DNA of 64,000 nucleotides, taken from the NCBI GenBank assembly GCA_035633215.1, contig DASQFI010000045.1:153068-217067 (forward strand), written 5' to 3'. Shown piece by piece: positions 9,835 through 19,479 of this stretch. The stretch is from Vicinamibacterales bacterium. Lineage in GTDB: Bacteria; Acidobacteriota; Vicinamibacteria; Vicinamibacterales; SCN-69-37. The first letter of the stretch is position 1. Every line of letters begins with the position of its first letter. Below the pieces are notes generated by a model. It made no database searches, was not told the origin of the DNA, and saw only the letters and a list, made by a program, of their open reading frames with translations. The position numbers and the translations under genes were made by a program.

Positions 9835-12800
9835 TTGGCTTCCTCCCCGACTCGTCTTGCTGCAGCCGCGCTGACACTGTCGATCGCGGTCGCCGCGATC
9901 GGTTTCACCCTCGAGGCGACGCGTTTTGGACTGACGAACGCGGCGACCGCCGCGCGGCTCGAGCGCGAAGTTCGAGGCCGCTTCTGGAATCTCGCACGCC
10001 AGGTCGAGTCGCTCGCGACACGCGTCGCGCGCGAGGAGCCGCTCATCGCCGACGCGGCGGCGAATCGCGATCGGCTGCTCGCGCTGTTCAATCGACTACA
10101 GGTGATCGGCAACGCCGCCAACACCCTGGCGGTGTCCACGACCGTGTATGTGTCGGCGGGACCGGCCGGCGCGTACCGTGTGCTCGCCTGGAGCGACGGC
10201 CGGCCCGAGGACCTCACGCCGGACCGGCTCGCCTCGGCGCCCAGCCTGTTCGTCGAACGCGGGACCGTCGGTCTGCGCCTGGTCTTCGTGCAGCCCATTG
10301 CCACCGGCGGCCGGCGCACCGGCGTCGCCGCCGCCGAAGCGGTCCTCTCCCCCATCACGCACCTGGGCGTCGATGCCGGCACGCATCGCCTCGAGACGAC
10401 CTTCGGCCCCGTCGTCGTTGAATACGTCGGCGCCGGCGAGGGGCCGGACCGCACCCATCGCTTCGTCATCGCTCCGGTGGCCGGCGCACCGCTCCTCGAC
10501 GTCCGCTACTCGCCGGACGATCTGGCCGCGCGTCGCAGCGAGTTTCGTCGGCGGGCTCTGGCGATCGCGGCCGTTCCGCTGATCGTCGCGCTGCTGCTCG
10601 TGAGCGGGCAGGTCATCGAGCGGCGCGGCGGCGCCCGGCGCCTGACGGAGTGGCTCGCGTGGTCGGCCGCGGCCGCGGCGCTGGTGATCGCCGGCTGTGG
10701 ATCGCTCGTCGCGCTCGCGCGATGGATCGGCGCGCCAGATGCGCTCTCGAGCGCGATCCTGGCGCTCGGCGCGCTCGGGCTCGCGGCGACGATCCCCGTC
10801 TCCGCCTGGGGCCGATCGTGGGGCCGGCGACTGCCGCAACTCCAGCCGGCGCAGTTCTTCGTCGAGCAGCTGCTCGCCGGGGTCGTCGCGGCCGCCGCGG
10901 TGTTCGTGCTCGTGCAAGTCCTGCGAGGGCGGATCACGGCGGCGGCGATCGACCGGTGGCAGTTCCCGTTGTTTCCGATCGACCCGGTAGCCCTTCTCTA
11001 CCTGAGCGGCTTGCTGGTCGTGCAGCTGGCGCTCTGCTGGACCGCGGCGGCCGCGATCGGCGTGGCTGCGCTGCGCTGGCGCGTGACCTGGCATCGGCCC
11101 GGGACGGGACTGCTCGCGATGGTTCTCTGGACCGCGCCCTCGCTCGCCCTCGCGGTGCTGCCCGACCGGTTTCAACCGCTCCCGATCCAGGCCTTCGTCG
11201 GCTGTGCGGCCGGGCTCGCCCTCTTCGGGGTGCTGACCGAGTCGATTCGGCGCTCGTACCGGCGGACGACGCAGGCCATGCGACTGATTCTCGTCTTCGC
11301 CGCGCTCCTGCTGCCGACGTTCGCGACGTACCCGATGGCCTCTGTGCTGTCGGACCGCGCGTCGCGGTCGCTCATCGAGCGCGAGTACGCGCCGGCGACC
11401 GCGCAACATTCACAGCAGCTCCTGGCCCAGCTCGGCCAGGCGCGCGAGGAAATCGATCGCATTCCGAATCTCCTCGCCTGGGTCTCCGGACCGCCCGCGA
11501 CCGAGACGATCCCCAGCCAGGCCGCGTTTCAGATCTGGAGCCGCACGAGCCTGTCGCGCTCGCGCGCGACGTCAGAGATTGAGCTCTTCGGCGCCGATCG
11601 ATCCATCGTCAGCCGCTTCGCGCTGAACCTGCCGGAGTACCCGTACGCCGTCGGCCGTCATTCGTGGCCAGGCAAGAACTGCGGCTGGAACGTCTTCGGC
11701 GAAGTTACGCGCTTCGGCGCCAAGGACCGCCCGGTATTCACGGCCGAGCGCGGGGTCTGCGACGCCGACGGCCAGATTCGCGGCGCCATTGTGGTGCACG
11801 TCGCGCCCGACTTCCAGGCGCTGCCATTCGTTCCGTCGGTCAACCCCTACTACGACGTCGTCGCCGAGACGCAGCCCGGCGTGCGCACGGGGTCGCGCCT
11901 GAACGACCTGCAGGTGGTCGTGTATGGCTGGAGCCTGCAGTCGCTGTTCGCGCATGGCCGCGGTCCTTGGCCCATCTCGCGCGAGATCGACGATCGCCTG
12001 TACCGCTCGCGCGATCCGTTCTGGATCGACGTCGATTCCCGGGGGCGAACGTATCGCGTCCACTTCAGCAACGATCGGGCCGGGGTGTATGCGCTCGGGT
12101 TCCCCGCTCCTACCGTTCTTCAACAAGTCATGCGTCTGGCCGAAGTCACCGCGGTGCTGTCGGTCATTTTCGTGCTGCTGCTCATCGGCGCGGCGGTGTA
12201 CACGCCCTTCGCGCGGCGCCGCGATGCGCCACTAAGGCTCCTGTTCGACGAGATTCGCACGAGCTTCTATCGGAAGCTCTTTCTGTTCTTCGTCCTGGCC
12301 GCTATCGTGCCGGTGCTGCTGTTCGCGCTCGCGTTCGGGGCCTACATGACGGCGCGGCTGCGCGCGGACATCGAGTCTGAGTCGGCCGGGGTCGTCACGG
12401 TCGCGCGCCGGGCGCTCGAGGAGCTCGCGGCGGGCGGGCGCAATCCCGATCAGACCATCGTGCCGACGGATGACGTGCTCGTGTGGATTCGGCAGGTGAT
12501 CGACCAGGACGTCAATCTGTTCGAAGGGTCAGAACTCGTCGCGACCAGCCAGCGCGACCTGTTCGAGTCGGGCCTGCTGCCGAAGCGCACACCGGCGAAG
12601 GTGTATCGCGACATCGCCCTCGATCGTCTGCCGACCGTGGTCACGGAGGACCAGCTCGGCACGTTCCAGTACCTCGTCGCCGCCGCGCCGGTGCCGGCGC
12701 TCGGCCGCGACGCGGTGATCAGCGTCCCGCTCGCGAGCCGCCAGCGCGAGATCGATCACCAGATCGACGAGCTCAATCGCGGCGTGCTCGTGGGCGCGGT

Positions 12801-13713
12801 GATCGTCGTCCTGTTTGCCGCCGCGCTGGGCACCTCCGTGGCCGGACGGGTCTCCGACCCCGTCGCGCGGCTCACGCGCGCAACGCGGCAGATTGCCGCG
12901 GGGCGGCTCGACGTCCGGCTGCCCTCCGACACGGCCGACGAGCTCGGCCGGCTGGTCGACGACTTCAACAGCATGGCCGCGACGCTCGTGGAGCAGCGCG
13001 GCGAGCTGGCCCGCACCAACCAGCTCAAGGCGTGGGCCGAGATGGCGCGGCAGGTCGCGCACGAAATCAAGAACCCGCTGACGCCGATCCAGCTCGCGGC
13101 CGAACACCTGCAGCGCGTGCACGACGATCGCGGCAGGCCGCTCGGCGCCGCGTTCGATCAATGCGTCTCGACGATTCTTCGTCAGGTGAGGCTCCTGCGG
13201 CAGATCGCGTCCGAGTTCTCGACCTTTGCCGGCCAGCCGGTGCCTCGACCAGCGGCGGTCGCCGTCAAGGAACTGCTCACGACCGTCGTCTCTCCCTATC
13301 AGCTCGGACTGAGCGAGCGGATCGTCATCGACATCGACGTGCCGGAGACGGTGCCGGCCGTGTGGGTCGATCGCACGCTCGTGGCGCGCGCGCTCACGAA
13401 TCTGGTTGAGAACGCGGTGCAGGCGATGCCGGAGGGCGGCCGGTTGACGGTGCGGGCCTCCGCCGAGCCCGATCACGTGGCGATCACGCTGGTCGACACG
13501 GGCGTGGGCATGGAACCGGACGCCGTCGAGCGCGCGTTCGAGCCGTACTTCTCCACGAAGACAGCCGGGTCGGGGTTGGGTCTGGCCAACGCCAAGCGCA
13601 ACATCGAACTGAATGGCGGCACGATCGCGATTTCGAGCACCCCGCGCGCCGGCACGATCGTTACGGTGACGTTGCCGGTGGGGCCTCCACCCGCGGCCCC
13701 CGCGAGCGCGTGA
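9835..13713 (+). CDS. Large membrane sensor histidine kinase (HAMP-HisKA-HATPase, NtrY-like)
   Basis: H-box AEMARQVAHEIKNPLTPIQL, N-box NLVENAVQAM, DTGVGM, FEPYFSTK, GSGLGL; many TM segments. Start uncertain (in-frame TTG 9835, or ATG 9812 with a 1-nt error). Confidence 0.88.
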   Translation: MASSPTRLAAAALTLSIAVAAIGFTLEATRFGLTNAATAARLEREVRGRFWNLARQVESLATRVAREEPLIADAAANRDRLLALFNRLQVIGNAANTLAVSTTVYVSAGPAGAYRVLAWSDGRPEDLTPDRLASAPSLFVERGTVGLRLVFVQPIATGGRRTGVAAAEAVLSPITHLGVDAGTHRLETTFGPVVVEYVGAGEGPDRTHRFVIAPVAGAPLLDVRYSPDDLAARRSEFRRRALAIAAVPLIVALLLVSGQVIERRGGARRLTEWLAWSAAAAALVIAGCGSLVALARWIGAPDALSSAILALGALGLAATIPVSAWGRSWGRRLPQLQPAQFFVEQLLAGVVAAAAVFVLVQVLRGRITAAAIDRWQFPLFPIDPVALLYLSGLLVVQLALCWTAAAAIGVAALRWRVTWHRPGTGLLAMVLWTAPSLALAVLPDRFQPLPIQAFVGCAAGLALFGVLTESIRRSYRRTTQAMRLILVFAALLLPTFATYPMASVLSDRASRSLIEREYAPATAQHSQQLLAQLGQAREEIDRIPNLLAWVSGPPATETIPSQAAFQIWSRTSLSRSRATSEIELFGADRSIVSRFALNLPEYPYAVGRHSWPGKNCGWNVFGEVTRFGAKDRPVFTAERGVCDADGQIRGAIVVHVAPDFQALPFVPSVNPYYDVVAETQPGVRTGSRLNDLQVVVYGWSLQSLFAHGRGPWPISREIDDRLYRSRDPFWIDVDSRGRTYRVHFSNDRAGVYALGFPAPTVLQQVMRLAEVTAVLSVIFVLLLIGAAVYTPFARRRDAPLRLLFDEIRTSFYRKLFLFFVLAAIVPVLLFALAFGAYMTARLRADIESESAGVVTVARRALEELAAGGRNPDQTIVPTDDVLVWIRQVIDQDVNLFEGSELVATSQRDLFESGLLPKRTPAKVYRDIALDRLPTVVTEDQLGTFQYLVAAAPVPALGRDAVISVPLASRQREIDHQIDELNRGVLVGAVIVVLFAAALGTSVAGRVSDPVARLTRATRQIAAGRLDVRLPSDTADELGRLVDDFNSMAATLVEQRGELARTNQLKAWAEMARQVAHEIKNPLTPIQLAAEHLQRVHDDRGRPLGAAFDQCVSTILRQVRLLRQIASEFSTFAGQPVPRPAAVAVKELLTTVVSPYQLGLSERIVIDIDVPETVPAVWVDRTLVARALTNLVENAVQAMPEGGRLTVRASAEPDHVAITLVDTGVGMEPDAVERAFEPYFSTKTAGSGLGLANAKRNIELNGGTIAISSTPRAGTIVTVTLPVGPPPAAPASA

Positions 13714-14443
13714 TGGCCGCCTCGACCAGGGGCGAGACCAAATAGCTGTAGGCCAGGATGGCCAGTGTGATGCGGGGCTGCACCGCGATGAAGACGATGA
13801 GCAGGACGAACAGGAACGGGCCCCGCCACGAGAGACTCCACCCGAAGTTGAGCGTCTTGAAGCTGCGGAACCGGACGGTGCTCACCATCAACACCGCCGG
13901 GATGAGCACCACGGCGAGCGCGGCGATACCCTGCTGATAGCTCGTGAGCGGGTACGGCCAGGCGTACACCGTGGACGCCAGCACGCCCGCGGCCGCCGGC
14001 GACGGCATGCCGACCCAGAACCGCTTGTCGAGCTGCGCGGCCGACTGGATGTTGAAACGCGCCAGCCGCATCGCCGCGGCGCTGACGTAGACGAATCCGG
14101 CCGCCCACCCGACCTTCCCCAACTCCGACAGCCCCCACGCGAACGTCAGGAGTGCCGGCGCGAGTCCGAATGAGATCACATCGGCGAGCGAATCGAGCTC
14201 GACGCCGAACGCGCTCGTGGTGTTGGTCATCCGCGCGATTCGCCCGTCGAGCGAATCGAGCACGAACGCGATGCCGATGAACGGCGCGGCCATCTCGAAC
14301 TCGCCGCGCATCGCGTAGACGATGCACGCGTAGCCGCAGAACATGTTGCCGACCGTGAACAGGCTCGGCAGCAAATAGATCCCGCGCCGGTACCGCCGCG
14401 GCTGGAAGCCGGCGCCGCGTCCGTGGAGGGGGTCCGCCGTCAT
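13661..14443 (-). CDS. pssA: CDP-diacylglycerol--serine O-phosphatidyltransferase
   Basis: CDP-alcohol phosphotransferase motif DSLDGRIAR...G.ELDSLADVISFG; adjacent to psd. Confidence 0.93.
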   Translation of the reverse strand: MTADPLHGRGAGFQPRRYRRGIYLLPSLFTVGNMFCGYACIVYAMRGEFEMAAPFIGIAFVLDSLDGRIARMTNTTSAFGVELDSLADVISFGLAPALLTFAWGLSELGKVGWAAGFVYVSAAAMRLARFNIQSAAQLDKRFWVGMPSPAAAGVLASTVYAWPYPLTSYQQGIAALAVVLIPAVLMVSTVRFRSFKTLNFGWSLSWRGPFLFVLLIVFIAVQPRITLAILAYSYLVSPLVEAAITRSRGPRVEAPPATSP

Positions 14444-15075
14444 GCAGGGTCAGACGCCAGTCTAGCGATGATCGTCTCGCCGGCGCGAACCGGCTGGCCT
14501 TGCGAAACCGTAAGTTGCGCGGTCGGCGGCACGAACACGTCCATGCGCGACCCGAATTTCATGAGTCCAATCCGGGCGCCGGCGTCGAGCTGCTGCCCGG
14601 CCGAAACCCGGCACACGACCCGCCGCGCAAGCACACCGACGACCTGGCGCGTGACCACCACCGTCCCATCATGGTCCAACCAGATTTCCGAATGTTCGTT
14701 CCTGTGGGCGTCGGGCCGATAGGCCGGGACGGCCGATCCGGGGACGTACTCCACGCGCGTGACGCGCCCGGGCACTGGCGTGCGGTTGATGTGGACGTCG
14801 AAGAGCGAAAGGAAGATCGTGATTTGCAGCCAGCGGCCGGGCGGCGCTTCCTCCGGCCGGGCGGGGCCGGCGTACGTCACGCGTCCATCGGCGGGCGCGA
14901 GCACGATGAGGCGATCGCGCGGGACCGAACGATCGGGATCGCGAAAGAAGAGCATGACGGCGATCGGCAGTACGAGGAGCGCGATCGCGACAGGAACAGG
15001 CGCGAAGAAGGTCGCGACAATCGCGGGCAGCGCGGCGATCGCGACGAACGGAAACCCGGCCGGGTCGATTCGCAC
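14440..15075 (-). CDS. psd: Phosphatidylserine decarboxylase proenzyme
   Basis: FFRDPDR, APADGRV, IFLSLFDVHINR, self-cleavage motif KFGSRMD. Confidence 0.92.
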   Translation of the reverse strand: MRIDPAGFPFVAIAALPAIVATFFAPVPVAIALLVLPIAVMLFFRDPDRSVPRDRLIVLAPADGRVTYAGPARPEEAPPGRWLQITIFLSLFDVHINRTPVPGRVTRVEYVPGSAVPAYRPDAHRNEHSEIWLDHDGTVVVTRQVVGVLARRVVCRVSAGQQLDAGARIGLMKFGSRMDVFVPPTAQLTVSQGQPVRAGETIIARLASDPA

Positions 15076-15089
15076 AGAGCGTGGGTAAG

Positions 15090-15222
15090 GGGGTCAGGTC
15101 TTGGATTGTCAGTTTTCAAGTGCCGGCGCTCGAAAGACAGATCAGTTTCGTCGGCGACACACAATCTCGTTACGCGGAGACACACTCCGTCCCGAGAATC
15201 TGATAATCCAAGACCTGACCCC
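15090..15222. repeat. 133-bp MITE/REP-like element with 23-bp terminal inverted repeats
   Basis: GGGGTCAGGTCTTGGATTGTCAG (15090-15112) and CTGATAATCCAAGACCTGACCCC (15200-15222) are reverse complements with 1 mismatch; intergenic. Confidence 0.7.
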
Positions 15223-15237
15223 AACTACTGCGTCGAG

Positions 15238-15498
15238 CTACTGCTGCGTCAGCGGCAGCGCCTGGTTCGGCAGGTGCCCGCGCAGGATCGCTTCGATGCG
15301 GTCCTTCAGAGCCAGTTTCTTCTTTTTCAATGATATCTCTTCGTAGCGTTGCTGGTCGGTGGGGTAATTGAGGCTGGATAACTGGCGGATTCTTTCGTCG
15401 AGGGCCTGGTGCTCCTGAACCAACTGTCGGAATCCATCGTCGGTCCGGAGCAGCGTGTCTTTCACCGGATTTCTTACGGGGAGCTGCGCGTCTGTCAT
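15238..15498 (-). CDS. Small coiled-coil protein, DUF465/YdcH-like
   Basis: FRQLVQEHQALDERI...LKKKKLALKDRIEAIL pattern; SD GGAGG upstream. Confidence 0.75.
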   Translation of the reverse strand: MTDAQLPVRNPVKDTLLRTDDGFRQLVQEHQALDERIRQLSSLNYPTDQQRYEEISLKKKKLALKDRIEAILRGHLPNQALPLTQQ

Positions 15499-15577
15499 GC
15501 CTCCGCCCTCCTTCGTTCCATCATGTTGTGTCCGCGCACCCTACCACAGGCTCGGAAAGCCGGCAAGCGTTGACACG

Positions 15578-16786
15578 CTACGGCGCGAAACTTGCGAGAT
15601 CGCGATGCCAGAGTATGAGCGCGTCCTCGCGCGGATCCTGGTAGTAGTCGCGGCGAACGCCCTCGACGCGGAACCCAAGCCCCTCGTACAGGAGCCGCGC
15701 CGCCTGATTCGACTGGCGCACTTCGAGCGTCGCGCTTTGCGCGCCTGCCGCGCGCGCATCGAGAATCACGAAGTACAGCAGCCGGCGCGCCAGTCCGCGA
15801 CGGCGCAGCGACTCCTCCACCGCGAGACTGTTGATGTGAAGCTCGTCGAAGACTTTCCAGCACGCGCAGTACGCGACCACCGTCCCCGCCGTGTCCCGCA
15901 TGACGTACAACCGCGCCACGTCCGTGTTCTCGAGCTCCCACTTGATGGCGTCCTTGCCCCACGGATTGGTGAACGCGCGCCGCTGGAGCGCCTCGACCGC
16001 GGTGAGGTCGGCCGTCTCGGCCACCGCGATGCGCCACGGGCCGGCGGAACGATCGCCCGCGCCGTCGGACCGTACCCCGGCGGCACGGTCGCGCGCGAGC
16101 TCGGCGTCGGGACGCCGGAGGTAGATTGGCCGCAGCGCGTGCGGGCGCAGGGCCGATGCAACGCGCCGGGTCGCGATGCGGGCCGCCGCCTCGGCGATCG
16201 GCTGAGGCACGCCGGCGATGCGGACGCCGGGCAACGTGCGCCGGAAGATCTCGGCGGACGCCTGGGCGCCGTTGCCGACGAGCGTCATCTGCTCGGGCGG
16301 CGCGAGCGCGGCCAGGGCCGATGCGCTTTCCTCAGGCTTCCCCACTCGCGGCTCGATCAGGACTCGACAGTCCTCGATCGTCGTCGCGTCCGACGCGTCG
16401 AACGCCGCGATGAAGATGTCGCCGCGCTGGCCGTCGAGGCACGGGACGATGATCGGCGGCGCCGCGCCGGCCGCGGTGAGCCACGCGGCCGCGATCGCCT
16501 CGAGCGTCGGCACGCCGACCACGCGCCGTTCCGCCGCGAGCGCCAGGCCCTGAATCGCCGCGACGCCAACGCGCAGACCGGTGAACGATCCGGGACCGGT
16601 GACGACCGCGAAGGCGTCGACGTCGTCGAGCCGGCGGCCGTGCGTGGTGAGCCAGTCGAGCAGTTCGTTGGGCAGGCGCTCGCCGTGCGTGCGCGTGTCG
16701 TCGCCGTCGCGCGCGACGCAGACATCGCCGTCGCAGAGCGCGACACTGCCGCGTCTGGTCGCTGTTTCGAGCGCCAGGATCACCAT
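15578..16786 (-). CDS. tsaB-rimI: Fused TsaB (t6A biosynthesis) and RimI-like GNAT acetyltransferase
   Basis: N-term ILALETAT...GPGSFTGLRVG (TsaB); C-term AFTNPW...LHINSLAV...RRRGLA...TLEVRQSN..A..LYEGLGF...RRDYY..P.EDALI (RimI). One continuous frame. Confidence 0.9.
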   Translation of the reverse strand: MVILALETATRRGSVALCDGDVCVARDGDDTRTHGERLPNELLDWLTTHGRRLDDVDAFAVVTGPGSFTGLRVGVAAIQGLALAAERRVVGVPTLEAIAAAWLTAAGAAPPIIVPCLDGQRGDIFIAAFDASDATTIEDCRVLIEPRVGKPEESASALAALAPPEQMTLVGNGAQASAEIFRRTLPGVRIAGVPQPIAEAAARIATRRVASALRPHALRPIYLRRPDAELARDRAAGVRSDGAGDRSAGPWRIAVAETADLTAVEALQRRAFTNPWGKDAIKWELENTDVARLYVMRDTAGTVVAYCACWKVFDELHINSLAVEESLRRRGLARRLLYFVILDARAAGAQSATLEVRQSNQAARLLYEGLGFRVEGVRRDYYQDPREDALILWHRDLASFAP

Positions 16787-16809
16787 GGGCGCAATGTTAT
16801 ACTCCGACG
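16787..16809. promoter_or_regulatory. Overlapping divergent -10 elements, putative leaderless promoters of tsaB-rimI and mutS
   Basis: TATACT (+, 16798-16803) lies 6 nt before TTG 16810; TAACAT (-, 16794-16799) lies 7 nt before ATG 16786. Confidence 0.6.
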
Positions 16810-19479
16810 TTGTTCACCCCTTCCGAGTCCCACGCCGCGTCATTGCAGTCGGCCACGCCGGCCATGCGGCAATACCTCGAAGTCAAGCGCCAGCATCGCG
16901 ACGCGATCGTGTTCTTTCGCATGGGCGATTTCTTCGAGATGTTCTACGAGGACGCGCTGACGGCCGCGCGCGCGCTCGAGCTCACGCTCACGTCGCGCGC
17001 CAAGGACATGGCCGGCGAGGCGATTCCGATGTGCGGCGTGCCGCACCACGCCCTCGATACGTACCTGACCCGCCTGATTCGTCAGGGCTACCGCGTCGCA
17101 ATTTGTGATCAGGTCGAGGACCCCCGCAAGGCCAAGGGGATCGTCAAGCGCGAAGTCACGCGGGTCGTCTCGCCCGGCACCTTCACGGATCAGTCGTATC
17201 TCGACGCGCGCGACGCGGCCTGGCTCGCGGCCATTGCCGACGGCGCGGGCGCATCCGGCTATGGGCTCGCGGTGGTCGACGTGTCGACCGGTCAGTTCAT
17301 TGCCGCGGAATTCCACGGCGCAGGCGGTCTCGCGGCGTTGGGCGCCGAAATCTCCCTCTTGCGTCCGCGCGAGATTCTTGCCGCCGACACCCTCGACGTC
17401 TCCGCGTTCCTGGCCGCGTACGGAACGGAGCCGCCGCGCGTGACGCGGGTCGAGCCGCACACATTCGAGCGATCGCATGCGACGGCCTCGCTCTGCGAAC
17501 AACTGCGCACGGTCTCACTCGCGGGCTTTGGCCTCGAGGGCGCGCCAGCGGCCGTGTCGGCGGCCGGCGCCATCGTCTCGTACCTGCGCGACACGCAGCG
17601 CGGCTCGCTGAGCCACGTTCGGGACATCTCGCTCCGCGTCGCCGCCGATGCGATGCTGATCGACCCGGTCACCCTGCGGCACCTCAACGTCGTCGAAGGT
17701 GTCGCGGGCGGACGTTCCGGCACGCTCCTCGAGGTCGTGGATCGATCGATCACCGCGATGGGCGGCCGGCTGATGCGGCAGTGGCTGATGCGGCCGCTCG
17801 TCGCGCTCGCCCGCATTCAGGATCGCGTGGACGCGGTCGAGGACTTCGCCTTCCGGACCACGGACCGCGCCAAGATCCGTGAGGTGCTGAAGAGCATCCA
17901 CGACATGGAACGGTTGATGGCGAGGATCTCGCTGGGCACGGCCAGCCCTCGCGATCTCGTCTCGCTCGGTCAGTCGCTGGCGGTGCTGCCCCGTCTGCGG
18001 CTGCTCGCCAGCGAGATGCAGGCGCCGCTGGTCCGCAGCCTCACGGCCGAGGTCGATGACTGCGCCGACGTCCGCTCGGCCATCGACACCACGCTCGTCG
18101 ACGATCCCCCTGCGACGGCGCGCGACGGCGGCGTCATTCGAGACGGCGTCGACGATGAGCTCGACGGCCTGCGGCGGATCAGCCGCGGCGGAAAGGCGTC
18201 CATCGCGGCGATGGAGGACGCCGAGCGCGCGCGAACCGGCATCGGCTCGCTGAAGATTCGGTTCAACCGCGTCTTCGGGTACTACATCGAAATCTCGAAG
18301 TCGAACCTCGGCGCCGTGCCGCTCGACTACGTCCGCAAGCAGACGATTGCCGGCGGCGAGCGCTTCATCACCCCGGCGCTCAAGGAGTACGAGGACAAAG
18401 TCCTGGGCGCCGACGAGCGGATCACGACCCGCGAGCTCGAGCTGTTCGAGGCCCTGCGCGACCGAGTGGCGGCCGAGGCGCCGCGCGTGCTCGACAGCGC
18501 GAGGGCGGTTGCCGCGCTCGACGTGCTGGCCGCGTTTGCCGACACGGCCGCGGCGTATAACTTCACGAAGCCACAGGTGCACGACGGCGACGAGTTCCAG
18601 GCCTCGGACGCCCGCCATCCCGTCGTCGAACGGCACGTCACCGACGCGTTCGTACCGAACGACGTGCAGCTCGACGCCCGGGCTCGCCAGCTCGTTATCC
18701 TGACCGGCCCGAACATGGGCGGCAAATCGACCTACCTGCGGCAGGTCGCGCTGCTGGCGGTGCTCGCGCAGTCCGGCTCGTTCGTTCCGGCGCGGCACGC
18801 CAAGCTCGCGATCGTCGATCGCATCTTCGCGCGCGTGGGCGCCTCGGACAACATCGCGCGCGGCCAGTCGACGTTCATGGTCGAGATGCAGGAGACCGCG
18901 ACGATTCTTCACACGGCGACCGACCGCAGCCTCGTCATCCTCGACGAGATCGGCCGCGGGACGGCGACGTTCGACGGCCTGAGCCTGGCGTGGGCGGTGG
19001 CCGAACACCTGGCGTCGAACAGCCGCGCCCGCCCCAAGACGATTTTCGCGACGCACTACCACGAGCTCACGGATCTGGCCGATGCCCTGACGGGCGTCGT
19101 CAACGCGCACGTGACCGCGCGCGAGTATCGCGACGAGATCGTGTTTCTCCACAAGATTGTGGAGGGCCGGTCGGATCGCAGTTACGGCATCCAGGTCGCG
19201 CGGCTGGCCGGACTGCCGGCCGCGGTCGTCCGCCGCGCCGCCGAGATCCTGTCCGAGCTGGAACAGGACGAGCTGCGCCGCGGCGGCCGGCCCAGCCTCA
19301 GCGGCACCTCCGCCGCCGATCAGCGCCAGCTCGGACTGTTTCAGGCCCCCGAACTTTTTCAAACGATCGTCGAGCCGCATCCCGTCGTCGCGCAGCTTCG
19401 CGAGACCGACGTCGATCGGCTCACGCCACTCGAGGCGCTCAACCTGCTCGCCCGCCTCAAGCGCGAGGCGGAGACGTGA
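16810..19479 (+). CDS. mutS: DNA mismatch repair protein MutS
   Basis: TPAMRQY, FFRMGDFFEMFYEDA, TGPNMGGKSTYLRQ, GQSTFMVEM, DEIGRGT, FATHYHEL. Confidence 0.97.
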   Translation: MFTPSESHAASLQSATPAMRQYLEVKRQHRDAIVFFRMGDFFEMFYEDALTAARALELTLTSRAKDMAGEAIPMCGVPHHALDTYLTRLIRQGYRVAICDQVEDPRKAKGIVKREVTRVVSPGTFTDQSYLDARDAAWLAAIADGAGASGYGLAVVDVSTGQFIAAEFHGAGGLAALGAEISLLRPREILAADTLDVSAFLAAYGTEPPRVTRVEPHTFERSHATASLCEQLRTVSLAGFGLEGAPAAVSAAGAIVSYLRDTQRGSLSHVRDISLRVAADAMLIDPVTLRHLNVVEGVAGGRSGTLLEVVDRSITAMGGRLMRQWLMRPLVALARIQDRVDAVEDFAFRTTDRAKIREVLKSIHDMERLMARISLGTASPRDLVSLGQSLAVLPRLRLLASEMQAPLVRSLTAEVDDCADVRSAIDTTLVDDPPATARDGGVIRDGVDDELDGLRRISRGGKASIAAMEDAERARTGIGSLKIRFNRVFGYYIEISKSNLGAVPLDYVRKQTIAGGERFITPALKEYEDKVLGADERITTRELELFEALRDRVAAEAPRVLDSARAVAALDVLAAFADTAAAYNFTKPQVHDGDEFQASDARHPVVERHVTDAFVPNDVQLDARARQLVILTGPNMGGKSTYLRQVALLAVLAQSGSFVPARHAKLAIVDRIFARVGASDNIARGQSTFMVEMQETATILHTATDRSLVILDEIGRGTATFDGLSLAWAVAEHLASNSRARPKTIFATHYHELTDLADALTGVVNAHVTAREYRDEIVFLHKIVEGRSDRSYGIQVARLAGLPAAVVRRAAEILSELEQDELRRGGRPSLSGTSAADQRQLGLFQAPELFQTIVEPHPVVAQLRETDVDRLTPLEALNLLARLKREAET

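Noticed and set aside
8222-9877. 551-aa minus-strand ORF
   Set aside because: Alternative frame of the membrane gene that runs into the aminotransferase N-terminus; not a real fusion.
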